Part shown: one piece after another, positions 34,538 through 44,051 of the stretch
Layout of the letters: each line of letters begins with the position of its first letter
How positions within the stretch are numbered: the first letter of the stretch is position 1
Assembly (NCBI GenBank): GCA_030691865.1
Contig: JAUYDL010000016.1
Coordinates: 1 to 62,776, forward strand
Origin: Candidatus Omnitrophota bacterium
GTDB taxonomy: Bacteria; Omnitrophota; Gorgyraeia; Gygaellales; Profunditerraquicolaceae
DNA: 62,776 nucleotides
Reading direction: 5' to 3'
Translations under genes and position numbers: made by a program
The notes under the pieces: model-generated
What the model saw: the letters and a program-made list of their open reading frames with translations, nothing else
Told to the model about the DNA's origin: nothing
Databases searched by the model: none

Positions 34538-35495
34538 AATCTGCAGGAGTATAAAGAAGTATAATAATTTTTTGATTACTGCTCATACCAACCCGGAGGG
34601 TGATGCTTTGGGTTCCCAACTGGGGTTTTATAATCTTATCAAAAAGCTAGGTAAGCAGGCAACGATCATGATCGATGATCAATTACCCTATGGCTATGAT
34701 TTTCTTCCCGGGACCAAGCATATCCGTCGTTTAGGCAGAGAATTTAAATATATTAAATTTGATTGTTTAGTGATCCTGGATTGTACGGATTTAAAACGTA
34801 CAGGCAGAGTCTATAAGCTCAACCTTGATAATAAGCCGGTATTAAATATCGATCACCATATCAGCAATCAAATTTTTGGCGATGTAAATTGGGTGGATGC
34901 ACAGGCTTCTTCTTGCTCGGAGATGATTTATAAGCTGCATAAACGATTGCATCTATCGATGGATAAGAATACAGCTTTGGTTTTATATACGGGCATAATG
35001 ACCGACACAGGATCTTTCCGTTATTCTAATACCTCTAGTTCTACGCTTAAGGCTGCCGCTGAGCTTTTGAAATTTGGAGTTAACGTCGCGCAGGTTTATC
35101 GTTATACTTTTGAAAATATTCCGCCGCAAGAGGTAAAATTACTGCTTAAATTTTTGTCAAAAATTAAATTTTTTGGTCAGGGTAGGATTGCCGCTTTTCA
35201 GTTTGATCCAGAGTTGGGTGGAGGTAAAAAAACTGGTATTGATTTAGCGGATCAGTGTTTAAGTTTTGGCCGAGCGATTAAAGGAGTCCAGGTAGTAGTA
35301 TTGTTTAAGTATAGCCCAGGCTTAAAATCTCAGGTCCATGTTAACTTAAGAAGCCAGGGTAGGGTTGATGTAAATAAGATCGCAGCATTTTTCGGAGGGG
35401 GAGGGCATAAGACTGCTGCCGGTTGCACTATACTGGGTGGTTTTTTAGTTGTGCGTCGCAAAGTCATTGCTAGAATTTGTCAGGGCTTAAAATAG
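34524..35495 (+). CDS. nrnA: DHH/DHHA1 phosphoesterase, NrnA-like oligoribonuclease / pAp phosphatase
   Basis: HTNPEGDALGS, NIDHHISN, GGGGHKTAAG motifs. Confidence 0.75.
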   Translation: MSLNEICRSIKKYNNFLITAHTNPEGDALGSQLGFYNLIKKLGKQATIMIDDQLPYGYDFLPGTKHIRRLGREFKYIKFDCLVILDCTDLKRTGRVYKLNLDNKPVLNIDHHISNQIFGDVNWVDAQASSCSEMIYKLHKRLHLSMDKNTALVLYTGIMTDTGSFRYSNTSSSTLKAAAELLKFGVNVAQVYRYTFENIPPQEVKLLLKFLSKIKFFGQGRIAAFQFDPELGGGKKTGIDLADQCLSFGRAIKGVQVVVLFKYSPGLKSQVHVNLRSQGRVDVNKIAAFFGGGGHKTAAGCTILGGFLVVRRKVIARICQGLK

Positions 35496-35544
35496 GTTTT
35501 GCGAATATGTAGGATATCGTAAATTGGCTAAATAAAAGATAGCG

Positions 35545-36447
35545 ATGAAAATTATTTATGGGGCAGGAAAGGTCAGGAAGTTGTGCAGGCCGGTGGTAGC
35601 CTTAGGGGTTTTTGACGGCCTGCATCTTGGCCACCGCAATATTTTACAGGCCGCAGTTAAAAAAGCAGGCCAAATTAAGGGCACCAGTTTGGTTTTAACT
35701 TTTTTCCCGCATCCACAAGGAAAAGAGAGCCTGTATTCCTTGGAACATCGCTTAAGGTTAATTGCTGAGTTGGGGGTAGATGTATGCATTGTAGTGAATT
35801 TCAGCCGCAGTTTTGCAAAAATAAGCGCTCAAGATTTTATTGCTAAAATACTGGTTGAAAAAATCAGAGCCAGTTTCGTTTATGTGGGAAGAAATTTTCG
35901 TTTTGGTAGTCAAGCTGCCGGTGATTATAGGTTACTGGTTAAAGAGGCAAAGAGGTATAAATTCAGAGTTAAAATTTTTGATGTTGTAAAATCCGGCGGA
36001 TTGACGATTAGTAGCACTGTCATAAGAAGATTAATTAAAAATTCTAAAATTAAAGAAGCCGGGGAATTGCTTGGCCGCCGGGTAAGTGTTTTAGGAACAG
36101 TGATTAGAGGCAGCCGGATGGGTAGGTTATTAGGGTTTCCTACGGCCAATATTAAGGCGCACCATGAGGTTATCCCGCCTGCAGGTATTTACGCGGTGCA
36201 AATTGTATTTTCTAAGAAAAAGTATAACGGCGTCTGTTATATCGGTAAAAGGCCTACAATTCATCTTAAAAATAAGGCGATGCGCATAGAAGTACACATA
36301 TTTGATTTTCATAAAAATATTTATGGAAAGGTGCTTGAGATCCAATTTATAAAATTAATCCGTTTAGATCAAAAATTTGCCAACCTGAAAGATTTATCCG
36401 CTCAAATCCAAAAAGATATTATCTCCTGCCGCAAGATTCTTGTTTAA
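35545..36447 (+). CDS. ribF: bifunctional riboflavin kinase / FAD synthetase
   Basis: GVFDGLHLGH nucleotidyltransferase motif; C-terminal riboflavin kinase (GFPTANI). Confidence 0.9.
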   Translation: MKIIYGAGKVRKLCRPVVALGVFDGLHLGHRNILQAAVKKAGQIKGTSLVLTFFPHPQGKESLYSLEHRLRLIAELGVDVCIVVNFSRSFAKISAQDFIAKILVEKIRASFVYVGRNFRFGSQAAGDYRLLVKEAKRYKFRVKIFDVVKSGGLTISSTVIRRLIKNSKIKEAGELLGRRVSVLGTVIRGSRMGRLLGFPTANIKAHHEVIPPAGIYAVQIVFSKKKYNGVCYIGKRPTIHLKNKAMRIEVHIFDFHKNIYGKVLEIQFIKLIRLDQKFANLKDLSAQIQKDIISCRKILV

Positions 36448-36452
36448 AACGT

Positions 36453-36557
36453 GGGGACGGTTCTCTTTTTTTATTTGTCATCCCCGCGCAAGCGGGGATC
36501 TGTTTTTAGATTTCCACTTTCGTGGGAATGACGTCAGTAAAAAAGAGAACCGTCCCC
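36453..36557. repeat. family A inverted repeat, copy 2, carrying a nested second palindromic element
   Basis: GGGGACGGTTCT 36453-36464 / AGAACCGTCCCC 36546-36557. Nested pair: GTCATCCCCGCGCAAGCGGGGATC 36477-36500 and, inverted, GATTTCCACTTTCGTGGGAATGAC 36509-36532. Confidence 0.8.
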
Positions 36558-36642
36558 TTTATTTCCAATGCCACAACCGCTAGGGATTTTGGTTGTTTTA
36601 TCCACAACTGATTGTACTTGCAGTATTTAGGAAATTTTTTTC

Positions 36643-36671
36643 TTGACAAAAGGGGTGATTTTATCTATACT
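36643..36671 (+). promoter_or_regulatory. Pmra: sigma70-type promoter of the dcw cluster
   Basis: TTGACA 36643-36648, 17-nt spacer, TATACT 36666-36671. Confidence 0.6.
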
Positions 36672-36678
36672 TTGTACA

Positions 36679-36705
36679 TAAGTGGATAAAAGTGGAGTAA
36701 AGTGG
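36679..36705 (+). promoter_or_regulatory. putative MraZ operator: three direct repeats at 10-nt periodicity
   Basis: TAAGTGG 36679-36685, AAAGTGG 36689-36695, AAAGTGG 36699-36705. They sit between the -10 hexamer and the mraZ ATG. Confidence 0.6.
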
Positions 36706-36718
36706 AAGGAAGAAAAAA

Positions 36719-37156
36719 ATGTTCTATGGTGAGTTTGAGCATTCTATAGATCGTAAGGGACGTTTAATATTGCCCGCTAAATTTCGCGAAGTTGCTAAAA
36801 ATCAATTCATAGAAAAGTTCTTTGTTACGCGGGGTCTGGATAAATGTCTTTTTATGTTTTCTGAAGAGGAGTGGGGTCTTCAGGAAAATAAATTTAAAAC
36901 TATGTCATTTACTAAGCAGCAGTCGCGTACTTTTAACCGGCTGCTTTTTAGCGGCGCGGTGGGTGTTAGCCCTGATAAGCAGGGCAGGATTCTTCTGCCG
37001 CAATATCTAAAAGATTTTGCCGATATTAAAAAAGATGTGATGATCGTTGGTGTTTCTAACCGCATTGAGATTTGGGCAAAAAATTTATGGCATGATTTTT
37101 ACGCCAACAACCGTCAGTCTTTTGAAGAAATTGCAGAGAAATTAATGGATGTATAA
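36719..37156 (+). CDS. mraZ: transcriptional regulator MraZ
   Basis: Two MraZ/SpoVT-AbrB repeats, DRKGRLILPAKFR and DKQGRILLPQYL. Confidence 0.93.
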   Translation: MFYGEFEHSIDRKGRLILPAKFREVAKNQFIEKFFVTRGLDKCLFMFSEEEWGLQENKFKTMSFTKQQSRTFNRLLFSGAVGVSPDKQGRILLPQYLKDFADIKKDVMIVGVSNRIEIWAKNLWHDFYANNRQSFEEIAEKLMDV

Positions 37157-38059
37157 ATGTTAGAAGACGCGTTGCATGTACCGGTGATGTTGCAGGAAGT
37201 GCTGGATTTTCTAAGGCTGGCGCCCGGTCAGATAATTGTTGATGCTACTCTGGGAACCGGCGGGCATTCAGTCGAGATATTAAAAAGAATTACTCCGAAA
37301 GGCAGATTGATTGGGATAGACCGCGATGAAAATTCCTTGGCGATTTGCCGCCAAAGGCTCAGCCAGTTTAAAGATAGCACTGAATTCGTGCATGCTAATT
37401 TTGTGGATCTTGATCAAGTTTTGGCCAATCTTGGCATCGAGAAGATCGATGGTATTGTTTTTGATTTAGGTATCTCTAGTTATCAACTGCAGGATGCGCA
37501 GAGGGGCTTTAGTTTTCAGGAGGAGGGGCCGCTCGATATGCGTTTGGATAAGAGCAGTTATATATCAGCGTATGATTTAGTAAATAACCTCAATGAAAAC
37601 GAGATCTCTGCGATGCTTTGGAATTTTGGAGGAGAGCGTTGGCATAATCGTATTGCGCATCTATTAGTCCAGGAACGCAGGAATGAACCGATCGCCACAA
37701 CCAAACAGTTAGCTAATTTAGTGATGCGGGCTATTCCGCATCGCTACCGCAGGAGTTATTACCGTATTCATCCGGCTACGCGTACTTTTCAAGCCGTACG
37801 CATCGCCGTAAATCGAGAATTAGAAATTTTAGAAAGTGCGATTAGGAAAGCTGTTGATATTTTAAGAAAGCAGGCTAGAATATGCGTTATTTCATTTCAT
37901 TCTTTGGAAGATCGCGCGATTAAACATACATTCCGTGCGCTTAAGGCCGACGGATTAATCGATATTATTACCGCCAAGCCCTTGACCCCGGATCCTAGCG
38001 AAATAGAAGTAAATCCTTCTAGTCGCAGTTCTAAATTCAGGGTTGCTGAAAGGATATAA
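37157..38059 (+). CDS. rsmH: 16S rRNA (cytosine1402-N4)-methyltransferase
   Basis: HVPVML.EV, DATLGTGGHS, DLGISSYQL motifs. Confidence 0.93.
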   Translation: MLEDALHVPVMLQEVLDFLRLAPGQIIVDATLGTGGHSVEILKRITPKGRLIGIDRDENSLAICRQRLSQFKDSTEFVHANFVDLDQVLANLGIEKIDGIVFDLGISSYQLQDAQRGFSFQEEGPLDMRLDKSSYISAYDLVNNLNENEISAMLWNFGGERWHNRIAHLLVQERRNEPIATTKQLANLVMRAIPHRYRRSYYRIHPATRTFQAVRIAVNRELEILESAIRKAVDILRKQARICVISFHSLEDRAIKHTFRALKADGLIDIITAKPLTPDPSEIEVNPSSRSSKFRVAERI

Positions 38060-38065
38060 AATTAT

Positions 38066-38434
38066 ATGAGGCTGACCAGGTTTTTTTCGATGGTAGTATT
38101 TATCACTTCTTTTTCTGTGCTTTATGTTTACCAGCAGAGCGAAATCTTCCGCCTGGCTTACCTGGGCCAGAAGAAGCAAGTTATTTTTACAGAATTGCTG
38201 GATAAGAATACCGCATTAAGGTATAATATTAATAAGAGTTCTTCTCTGGTAAATATCGGTGCGCGCATTAGCGGTACCAATGATTTTGGAATGCCGGATA
38301 ATTACCGTTTTGTTAAGTTTATTTCTTCGCCAGGTGGCTTAAAGCTTGCGGATCAGAGTCAAAGCCGGGAAGGCTTGTTGGCGCGAATTTTTAGTTTAAA
38401 GCACGAAGCTCAAGCAAAGACAGTTAACCCCTAA
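38066..38434 (+). CDS. ftsL: FtsL-like cell division protein
   Basis: 122 aa, one N-terminal TM segment followed by a helical segment. Position between rsmH and ftsI. Confidence 0.5.
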   Translation: MRLTRFFSMVVFITSFSVLYVYQQSEIFRLAYLGQKKQVIFTELLDKNTALRYNINKSSSLVNIGARISGTNDFGMPDNYRFVKFISSPGGLKLADQSQSREGLLARIFSLKHEAQAKTVNP

Positions 38435-38445
38435 TAAAAAGCAAA

Positions 38446-38500
38446 GGGGACGGTTCTGTTTTTCCGTCGTCTGGCTAGGTTGAAAAATAGAACCGTCCCC
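38446..38500. repeat. family A inverted repeat, copy 3 (inside the dcw operon)
   Basis: GGGGACGGTTCT 38446-38457 / AGAACCGTCCCC 38489-38500. The 31-nt loop is nearly identical to copy 4. Confidence 0.85.
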
Positions 38501-38509
38501 TAAATTTCT

Positions 38510-40207
38510 ATGTATATCAGTAACTATCGCCGAAGATGCGAGGCGGTATTTTTGATTTTTTTTCTATTTCTTTTGCTTTGCGTAGGCCGCTTTTTTTTTA
38601 TTCAGTTCTTCCGTTCGGATTATCTTACCTCAATAGCCAAAAAACAACATAATCAGTTTGTGGAGCTGGAGCCGCGGCGTGGGACAATCTATGACTGCAA
38701 TCTTAAAGCACAGGCATTTAATATGTCTATGGATTCCCTTTATGCTGTGCCTAATGTTATTAAAAATAAAGAGGGTGTTATAAATCAATTGCTGCCTATA
38801 CTTGGCGTAGAGCGCAGCTACCTGCAAGAAAGATTGAGTCGCAAAAAATCATTTATCTGGCTGGCGCGTAAACTTACTCCACAGAAGTCTGAGGCGATCA
38901 AGAAGTTGAACATTAAAGGATTAGGATTCCTGAAGGAAACCAAACGTATTTATCCAAATAGTTATTTGGCCAGCCATATTATTGGTTTTAGCGGTATGGA
39001 TAATATAGGTTTAGAGGGTGTAGAGATGGGTTTTAATAATTACTTAAAAGGAGTCCCCGGTTGGGCGATTTTTTTACGCGATGCGCGGTTGAAAAAACTA
39101 GATATTTGGGAAAAGATGGTTTTGCCGCAAGACGGTCTGGATCTGGTTTTGACTATTGATGAGGTTATTCAATACATTGCAGAAAGGGAATTAGATAAGG
39201 CTTTTGAGAATTTTCATGCCAAGGGTGCCAGTATTGTGGTGATGGATCCACACACTGGCAGGATCTTGGCTATGGCTAATCGGCCTACTTATGATCTAAA
39301 TGATCACTCTGATGTCAGTAAGGATTCGATCCGTAATCGGGCAATTTGCGATTTATTTGAGCCCGGCTCAGCGTTTAAAATAGTTACTGCCTCTGCTGCT
39401 CTTGAAGAAAAAAAAGTTACTGAAGGTGATGTGTTTTTCTGTGAAAATGGTGCTTACCAGGTAGGGGGCCGTATTCTGCACGATCATAAACCGCACGGCA
39501 GGCTTACCTTTAGGGAGGTCATTGAAGAGTCCAGTAATATCGGCACCGTTAAGGTAGCTCAGCTTTTAGGCCCGGATACGCTTTACAAATACGTAAGGGC
39601 ATTTGGTTTTGGATCAAAATTAGGAATTGATCTTTCCGGAGAGATATCCGGAATGATTAGCCCGCCGCGTCTTTGGTCAAAAACATCCATTACTTCAATA
39701 CCTATGGGCCAAGAGGTAGGGGTGACTACCTTACAACTAGCCAGTGCAGTTTCCGTAATTGCTAATGGAGGGCAATTAATGAAGCCCTATATTATTGATT
39801 CCGTGCGTGATAATCAAGGCCGCATCATAAAACAAAATAAGCCGGTGTTAATCCGTAAGGTTATTTCCGTGGATACGGCGATGCGGATTAAAAAAATCCT
39901 TACCGGCGTAATCGAGGAGGGAACGGGGAAATTAGCCAAGGTGCTGGGTTTTAGCGCAGCAGGAAAGACCGGAACTGCCCAGAAACTTGAGCCCAATGGA
40001 ACCTATTCTCATAATAAGTTTGTTGCTTCTTTTATCGGGTTTTCTCCGGCTGAGGATCCTCAATTAACTATCGTGGTAACCGTGGATGAGCCGCATCCGT
40101 ATTATTTTGGCGGGGTAGTCGCTGCTCCGGTATTCCAAAAAGTTGCCAGTGATGTTATCCGTTATTTAAAGGGGAATGAAATCCCCTTGGGAGCAATGGC
40201 ACAGTGA
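38510..40207 (+). CDS. ftsI: peptidoglycan D,D-transpeptidase FtsI (class B PBP)
   Basis: N-terminal TM segment and PBP dimer domain. Transpeptidase motifs SAFK, SSN, KTGTA. Confidence 0.9.
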   Translation: MYISNYRRRCEAVFLIFFLFLLLCVGRFFFIQFFRSDYLTSIAKKQHNQFVELEPRRGTIYDCNLKAQAFNMSMDSLYAVPNVIKNKEGVINQLLPILGVERSYLQERLSRKKSFIWLARKLTPQKSEAIKKLNIKGLGFLKETKRIYPNSYLASHIIGFSGMDNIGLEGVEMGFNNYLKGVPGWAIFLRDARLKKLDIWEKMVLPQDGLDLVLTIDEVIQYIAERELDKAFENFHAKGASIVVMDPHTGRILAMANRPTYDLNDHSDVSKDSIRNRAICDLFEPGSAFKIVTASAALEEKKVTEGDVFFCENGAYQVGGRILHDHKPHGRLTFREVIEESSNIGTVKVAQLLGPDTLYKYVRAFGFGSKLGIDLSGEISGMISPPRLWSKTSITSIPMGQEVGVTTLQLASAVSVIANGGQLMKPYIIDSVRDNQGRIIKQNKPVLIRKVISVDTAMRIKKILTGVIEEGTGKLAKVLGFSAAGKTGTAQKLEPNGTYSHNKFVASFIGFSPAEDPQLTIVVTVDEPHPYYFGGVVAAPVFQKVASDVIRYLKGNEIPLGAMAQ

Positions 40208-41619
40208 AAATCGCAGGCTTAGAGATTAAGGGTATTGTTTGTAATTCCAAAGAGGTAAAGAAAGGTTTCCTTTTTGTGGCGATTAAAGGTAATTGCCAGA
40301 ACGGCAATCTTTATATAAAAGAAGCAGCGGCTAAAGGTGCCAGCATCGTTGCCGTGGAGAAAAAGTTGCCGCAGATAAAAATTCCCGCAGAAGTAAAATT
40401 GTTGGTAGTAGATGATTGCCGCAAGTTTTTTGCGCAGGCAACGCATAAGTTTTACGGTGCTCCTTCAAATAAAATTAAAGTTGTCGGTATTACCGGAACT
40501 AACGGTAAGACCACTATTTCATATTTGATTGAGGGGATGGCTAAAGAATCCGGTGATGACTGCGGGGTGATCGGTACGATTAATTACCGTTTTAAAGGTA
40601 GAATTATCGTCGCTAAAAATACTACTCCCGGCCCCGGACAGTTGCAAGGGTTGCTTAGGAAGATGCATATGCAGAAAATTAAATATTGCGCGATGGAAGT
40701 TTCCTCCCATGCTTTAGATCAAGAGAGGGTGGCAGGAATTGATTTTAGCCACGCTATTTTTACCAATCTTACTCAAGATCATCTAGATTATCACAAAACA
40801 GAAGAAAATTATTTTTTAGCAAAAGCTAAACTTTTTTGCGCTTTACCGCCAACCGCCAGGGCGATTATTAATAACGACGATAAGTACGCCAACCGGATTA
40901 AGCGGTTAACTAAAGCTAGGATATTGACTTATGGAATAAAGAATAAATCTAACGTAATGGCTAAAAAGATTAATTTTGGAATGCACTCAACGGAATTTTC
41001 TTTGGTTGCTCCGGGTATAAATATCAGGATTAAAACAAAGCTGGTAGGCCGTTACAATATATATAATATTCTGGCAGCGGTTAGTTGGGGGATAAGCGAA
41101 AAACTGCCCATACTGGATATTAAATCCGCGATTGAGAAATTTAAAAATGTTCCCGGCAGGCTCCAAAGAGTTAATTGTTCAGGTGGATTTAGTATCTTTG
41201 TCGATTATGCGCATACTCCGGATGCACTCTTTAACGTGATCAGCGCTTTAAGGCCGCTGGTTAAAGGAAAAATTATTGTAATCTTTGGTTGTGGAGGAGA
41301 CCGGGATAAACTTAAACGGCCGCAGATGGGCAAAGTGGTTACAGAGTTAGCCGACTATGCGGTCATTACCAGTGATAATCCCCGCTCTGAGAATCCGGCC
41401 CAGATTATTAAGGATATTGCCCAAGGTATACAGAAAAGTAATTATTGTTTAGTCCCGGGGCGTTACCGGGCTATACGCAAAGGGTTATCCTTAATAAATA
41501 AGGGGGATTGCTTGCTGATTGCCGGCAAAGGCCATGAAAATTTTCAGATATTAAAAAATAAAGTATTGAAATTTAACGATCGAAAGGTAGTGCGTAAGTG
41601 TTTAGAGTTAATGAGATAA
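40204..41619 (+). CDS. murE: UDP-N-acetylmuramoyl-L-alanyl-D-glutamate--2,6-diaminopimelate ligase
   Basis: GITGTNGKTT P-loop; DNPR motif (ITSDNPRSE), typical of meso-DAP-adding MurE. Confidence 0.9.
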   Translation: MKIAGLEIKGIVCNSKEVKKGFLFVAIKGNCQNGNLYIKEAAAKGASIVAVEKKLPQIKIPAEVKLLVVDDCRKFFAQATHKFYGAPSNKIKVVGITGTNGKTTISYLIEGMAKESGDDCGVIGTINYRFKGRIIVAKNTTPGPGQLQGLLRKMHMQKIKYCAMEVSSHALDQERVAGIDFSHAIFTNLTQDHLDYHKTEENYFLAKAKLFCALPPTARAIINNDDKYANRIKRLTKARILTYGIKNKSNVMAKKINFGMHSTEFSLVAPGINIRIKTKLVGRYNIYNILAAVSWGISEKLPILDIKSAIEKFKNVPGRLQRVNCSGGFSIFVDYAHTPDALFNVISALRPLVKGKIIVIFGCGGDRDKLKRPQMGKVVTELADYAVITSDNPRSENPAQIIKDIAQGIQKSNYCLVPGRYRAIRKGLSLINKGDCLLIAGKGHENFQILKNKVLKFNDRKVVRKCLELMR

Positions 41620-42959
41620 TTCAAGCGACCAAAGGTCTGCTTATTCAAGGCAGCCTTGCGGATAAAATAACTGGTATTTCTACTGATTCCAGAAGATCAA
41701 AACCGCTGGAGGCATTCCTGGCTTTACGGGGAAAGAATTTTGACGGTCATGATTTTGTTGCTGAATCTATAAAAGCAAAGGTTAGTTGCATAATTGTAGA
41801 AAGAAAGCCTGAGTTTTTAATCCCTGCGGATCTGGCGGTGATTAAAGTTAAAGATACCGTTTTGGCTTTAGGAGATATCGCCCGTTTCCAGAGACAAAAA
41901 ATTAATCTGCCGGTTATTGCAGTCACCGGTTCCAATGGCAAGACTACTACTAAAGAGATGATTGCCTGGGTATTATCGGCTAATGCCAATGTGCTTAAAA
42001 ATGAGGGAACCAAAAATAATCAGATTGGCCTTCCGCAAACATTAATTCAACTTACAAAAAGTGATAGTTTTGCCGTGGTGGAGATAGGCAGTAATCATTT
42101 TGGAGAGGTGGATTATCTGGCTAAAATAGCCAGGCCCAATATTGGCGTAATTACTAATATCGGCCTCAGCCACCTTAAGTTTTTAGGTGATTTAAAAGGG
42201 GTGGCCAAAGAAAAAACTGCTTTACTGGATAATTTAGCAAAACCCGCGATTGCCCTGCTTAATGCCGACGATAAATCATTTAAAGGTTTAATCAAGGACA
42301 AGATTAAAGGCCAACAAATATTCAGTTATGGTATTAATGAAAAAAGTGATTTTTGCGCCTCTTCCATTAAGTTAAAAAACGCAAAGGTAGAATTCAAGGT
42401 TAACTCTAAATTTAATTTTGAATTATCGACATTAGGAGATTATAATATCTATAATGCTTTGGCCGCTACAGCCGTTGGCCGCATACTAGGATTGGGTTAT
42501 CCTGAGATGCGTGCAAGATTAGCCACATTTAAATTTCCTAAAGGCAGGTTTAACTTGGTTGAATTTAGGGGCTTAAGGTTTATTGATGATACCTATAATT
42601 CCAACCCGTTTTCTTTAAACGCGGCCCTGGCAGCTTTAGGCGCGGCCAACTGTAAAGGTAGAAAGATTTTGATTATGGGTGATATGCTGGAGCTGGGTAA
42701 ACAAAAAGAGTTATTGCATAGGCAAATCGCTTGGAGTATAACTAATACCTGTGATCTGTTGATTACGGTAGGTAGTTTAGCCCGGATTACTGCTGGGGCC
42801 GCCAGGGAGAATGGTTTGCAGGCTAAGCATATATTTTGTTGCGCCAATGCCCTCCAGGCCAGGGATTTATTATTTAAGAAGATATTTCCGAAAGCTAATG
42901 ATTTGATTCTGGTAAAAGGTTCTCGGTCGATGAAAATGGAAGAGGTTTTAGGAGTTTAA
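41598..42959 (+). CDS. murF: UDP-N-acetylmuramoyl-tripeptide--D-alanyl-D-alanine ligase
   Basis: VTGSNGKTTTKEM P-loop, Mur ligase middle and C-terminal domains, position in the cluster. Confidence 0.9.
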   Translation: MFRVNEIIQATKGLLIQGSLADKITGISTDSRRSKPLEAFLALRGKNFDGHDFVAESIKAKVSCIIVERKPEFLIPADLAVIKVKDTVLALGDIARFQRQKINLPVIAVTGSNGKTTTKEMIAWVLSANANVLKNEGTKNNQIGLPQTLIQLTKSDSFAVVEIGSNHFGEVDYLAKIARPNIGVITNIGLSHLKFLGDLKGVAKEKTALLDNLAKPAIALLNADDKSFKGLIKDKIKGQQIFSYGINEKSDFCASSIKLKNAKVEFKVNSKFNFELSTLGDYNIYNALAATAVGRILGLGYPEMRARLATFKFPKGRFNLVEFRGLRFIDDTYNSNPFSLNAALAALGAANCKGRKILIMGDMLELGKQKELLHRQIAWSITNTCDLLITVGSLARITAGAARENGLQAKHIFCCANALQARDLLFKKIFPKANDLILVKGSRSMKMEEVLGV

Positions 42960-44044
42960 TGCTTTACCATCTGCTTTATCCCCTTAGGGATTTTATTTCT
43001 GTTTTTAATGTATTTCGCTACATTACCTTCCGCGCGGCCATGGCGGCTTTAACTGCCTTCCTGCTTAGCCTGATTTTTGGCCCCTTGTTAATTAATAAAC
43101 TAAAAGCCCTTAAAGTCACAGAGAAAATAAATAAAGCCGATAGCCAGAAGCTGGATGATTTGCACCACCATAAGCAAAGTACTCCGACGATGGGTGGGAT
43201 TCTCATCCTGGGCGCGGTGATAATTTCAACGCTGCTCTGGGCGGATATTACGCATCGATGTATTTGGATTGTTTTATTCAGTACGGTTTGGCTGGGTTTA
43301 ACCGGTTTTGCCGATGATTATTTAAAGCAGATAAAAAAGAAGGCCAGCGGATTATCCCCTAAGGTAAAACTTGCCAGCCAGATTATTCTGGGCCTGATCT
43401 TAGGAGCGATTCTCATTTATAGCCGGTATAATGTTAATCTTGAAATTCCTTTCTTAAAAGGGGTTAATTTTGATTTAGATGGTTTATATATTTTGTTTGT
43501 AATCCTGGTGATCGCCGGTTCATCAAACGCTGTAAATCTTACGGATGGTTTAGACGGGCTAGCCATCGGTATTGTAGTCATGGTGGCGATTGCTTTTAGT
43601 ATACTTTGCTATGTTTCCGGTAATATTAATCTAAGTCATTATCTTCTTATTCCTTATATTAAAGGCAGCGGGGAGTTGACTATTTTTTGCTCTAGTATTA
43701 TTGGGGCTGGCCTGGGGTTCTTATGGTTTAACTGTTATCCGGCCACAATTTTTATGGGAGATGTTGGTTCGCTGGCTCTGGGTGGGGCGATCGGAACAGT
43801 AGCCTTATTAATTAAAAAAGAGATGTTGCTTATAATTGTGGGCGGGATATTTGTTTTGGAGGCACTTTCAGTTATTCTGCAGGTAGGAACTTACAAACTG
43901 ACCAAAAAACGTATTTTTAAGATTGCCCCCCTGCACCACCATTTCCAGTTTTTGGATTGGCCTGAGAATAAAGTAATTGTCAGGTTTTGGATTATTGCGG
44001 GTCTACTTGCCCTGTTTACCCTGGTTACCTTAAAGATCAGGTAA
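42959..44044 (+). CDS. mraY: phospho-N-acetylmuramoyl-pentapeptide transferase
   Basis: 10-TM protein, KQSTPTMGG, NAVNLTDGLDGLA, and APLHHHF motifs. Confidence 0.95.
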   Translation: MLYHLLYPLRDFISVFNVFRYITFRAAMAALTAFLLSLIFGPLLINKLKALKVTEKINKADSQKLDDLHHHKQSTPTMGGILILGAVIISTLLWADITHRCIWIVLFSTVWLGLTGFADDYLKQIKKKASGLSPKVKLASQIILGLILGAILIYSRYNVNLEIPFLKGVNFDLDGLYILFVILVIAGSSNAVNLTDGLDGLAIGIVVMVAIAFSILCYVSGNINLSHYLLIPYIKGSGELTIFCSSIIGAGLGFLWFNCYPATIFMGDVGSLALGGAIGTVALLIKKEMLLIIVGGIFVLEALSVILQVGTYKLTKKRIFKIAPLHHHFQFLDWPENKVIVRFWIIAGLLALFTLVTLKIR

Positions 44045-44051
44045 GCTATTC

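Noticed and set aside
36477-36532. CRISPR-like sequence (GTCATCCCCGCGCAAGCGGGGATC resembles type I repeat cores)
   Set aside because: There are only two units, in inverted rather than direct orientation, separated by 8 nt. There is no spacer series, no leader and no cas genes in the window. It behaves as a REP-like palindrome.
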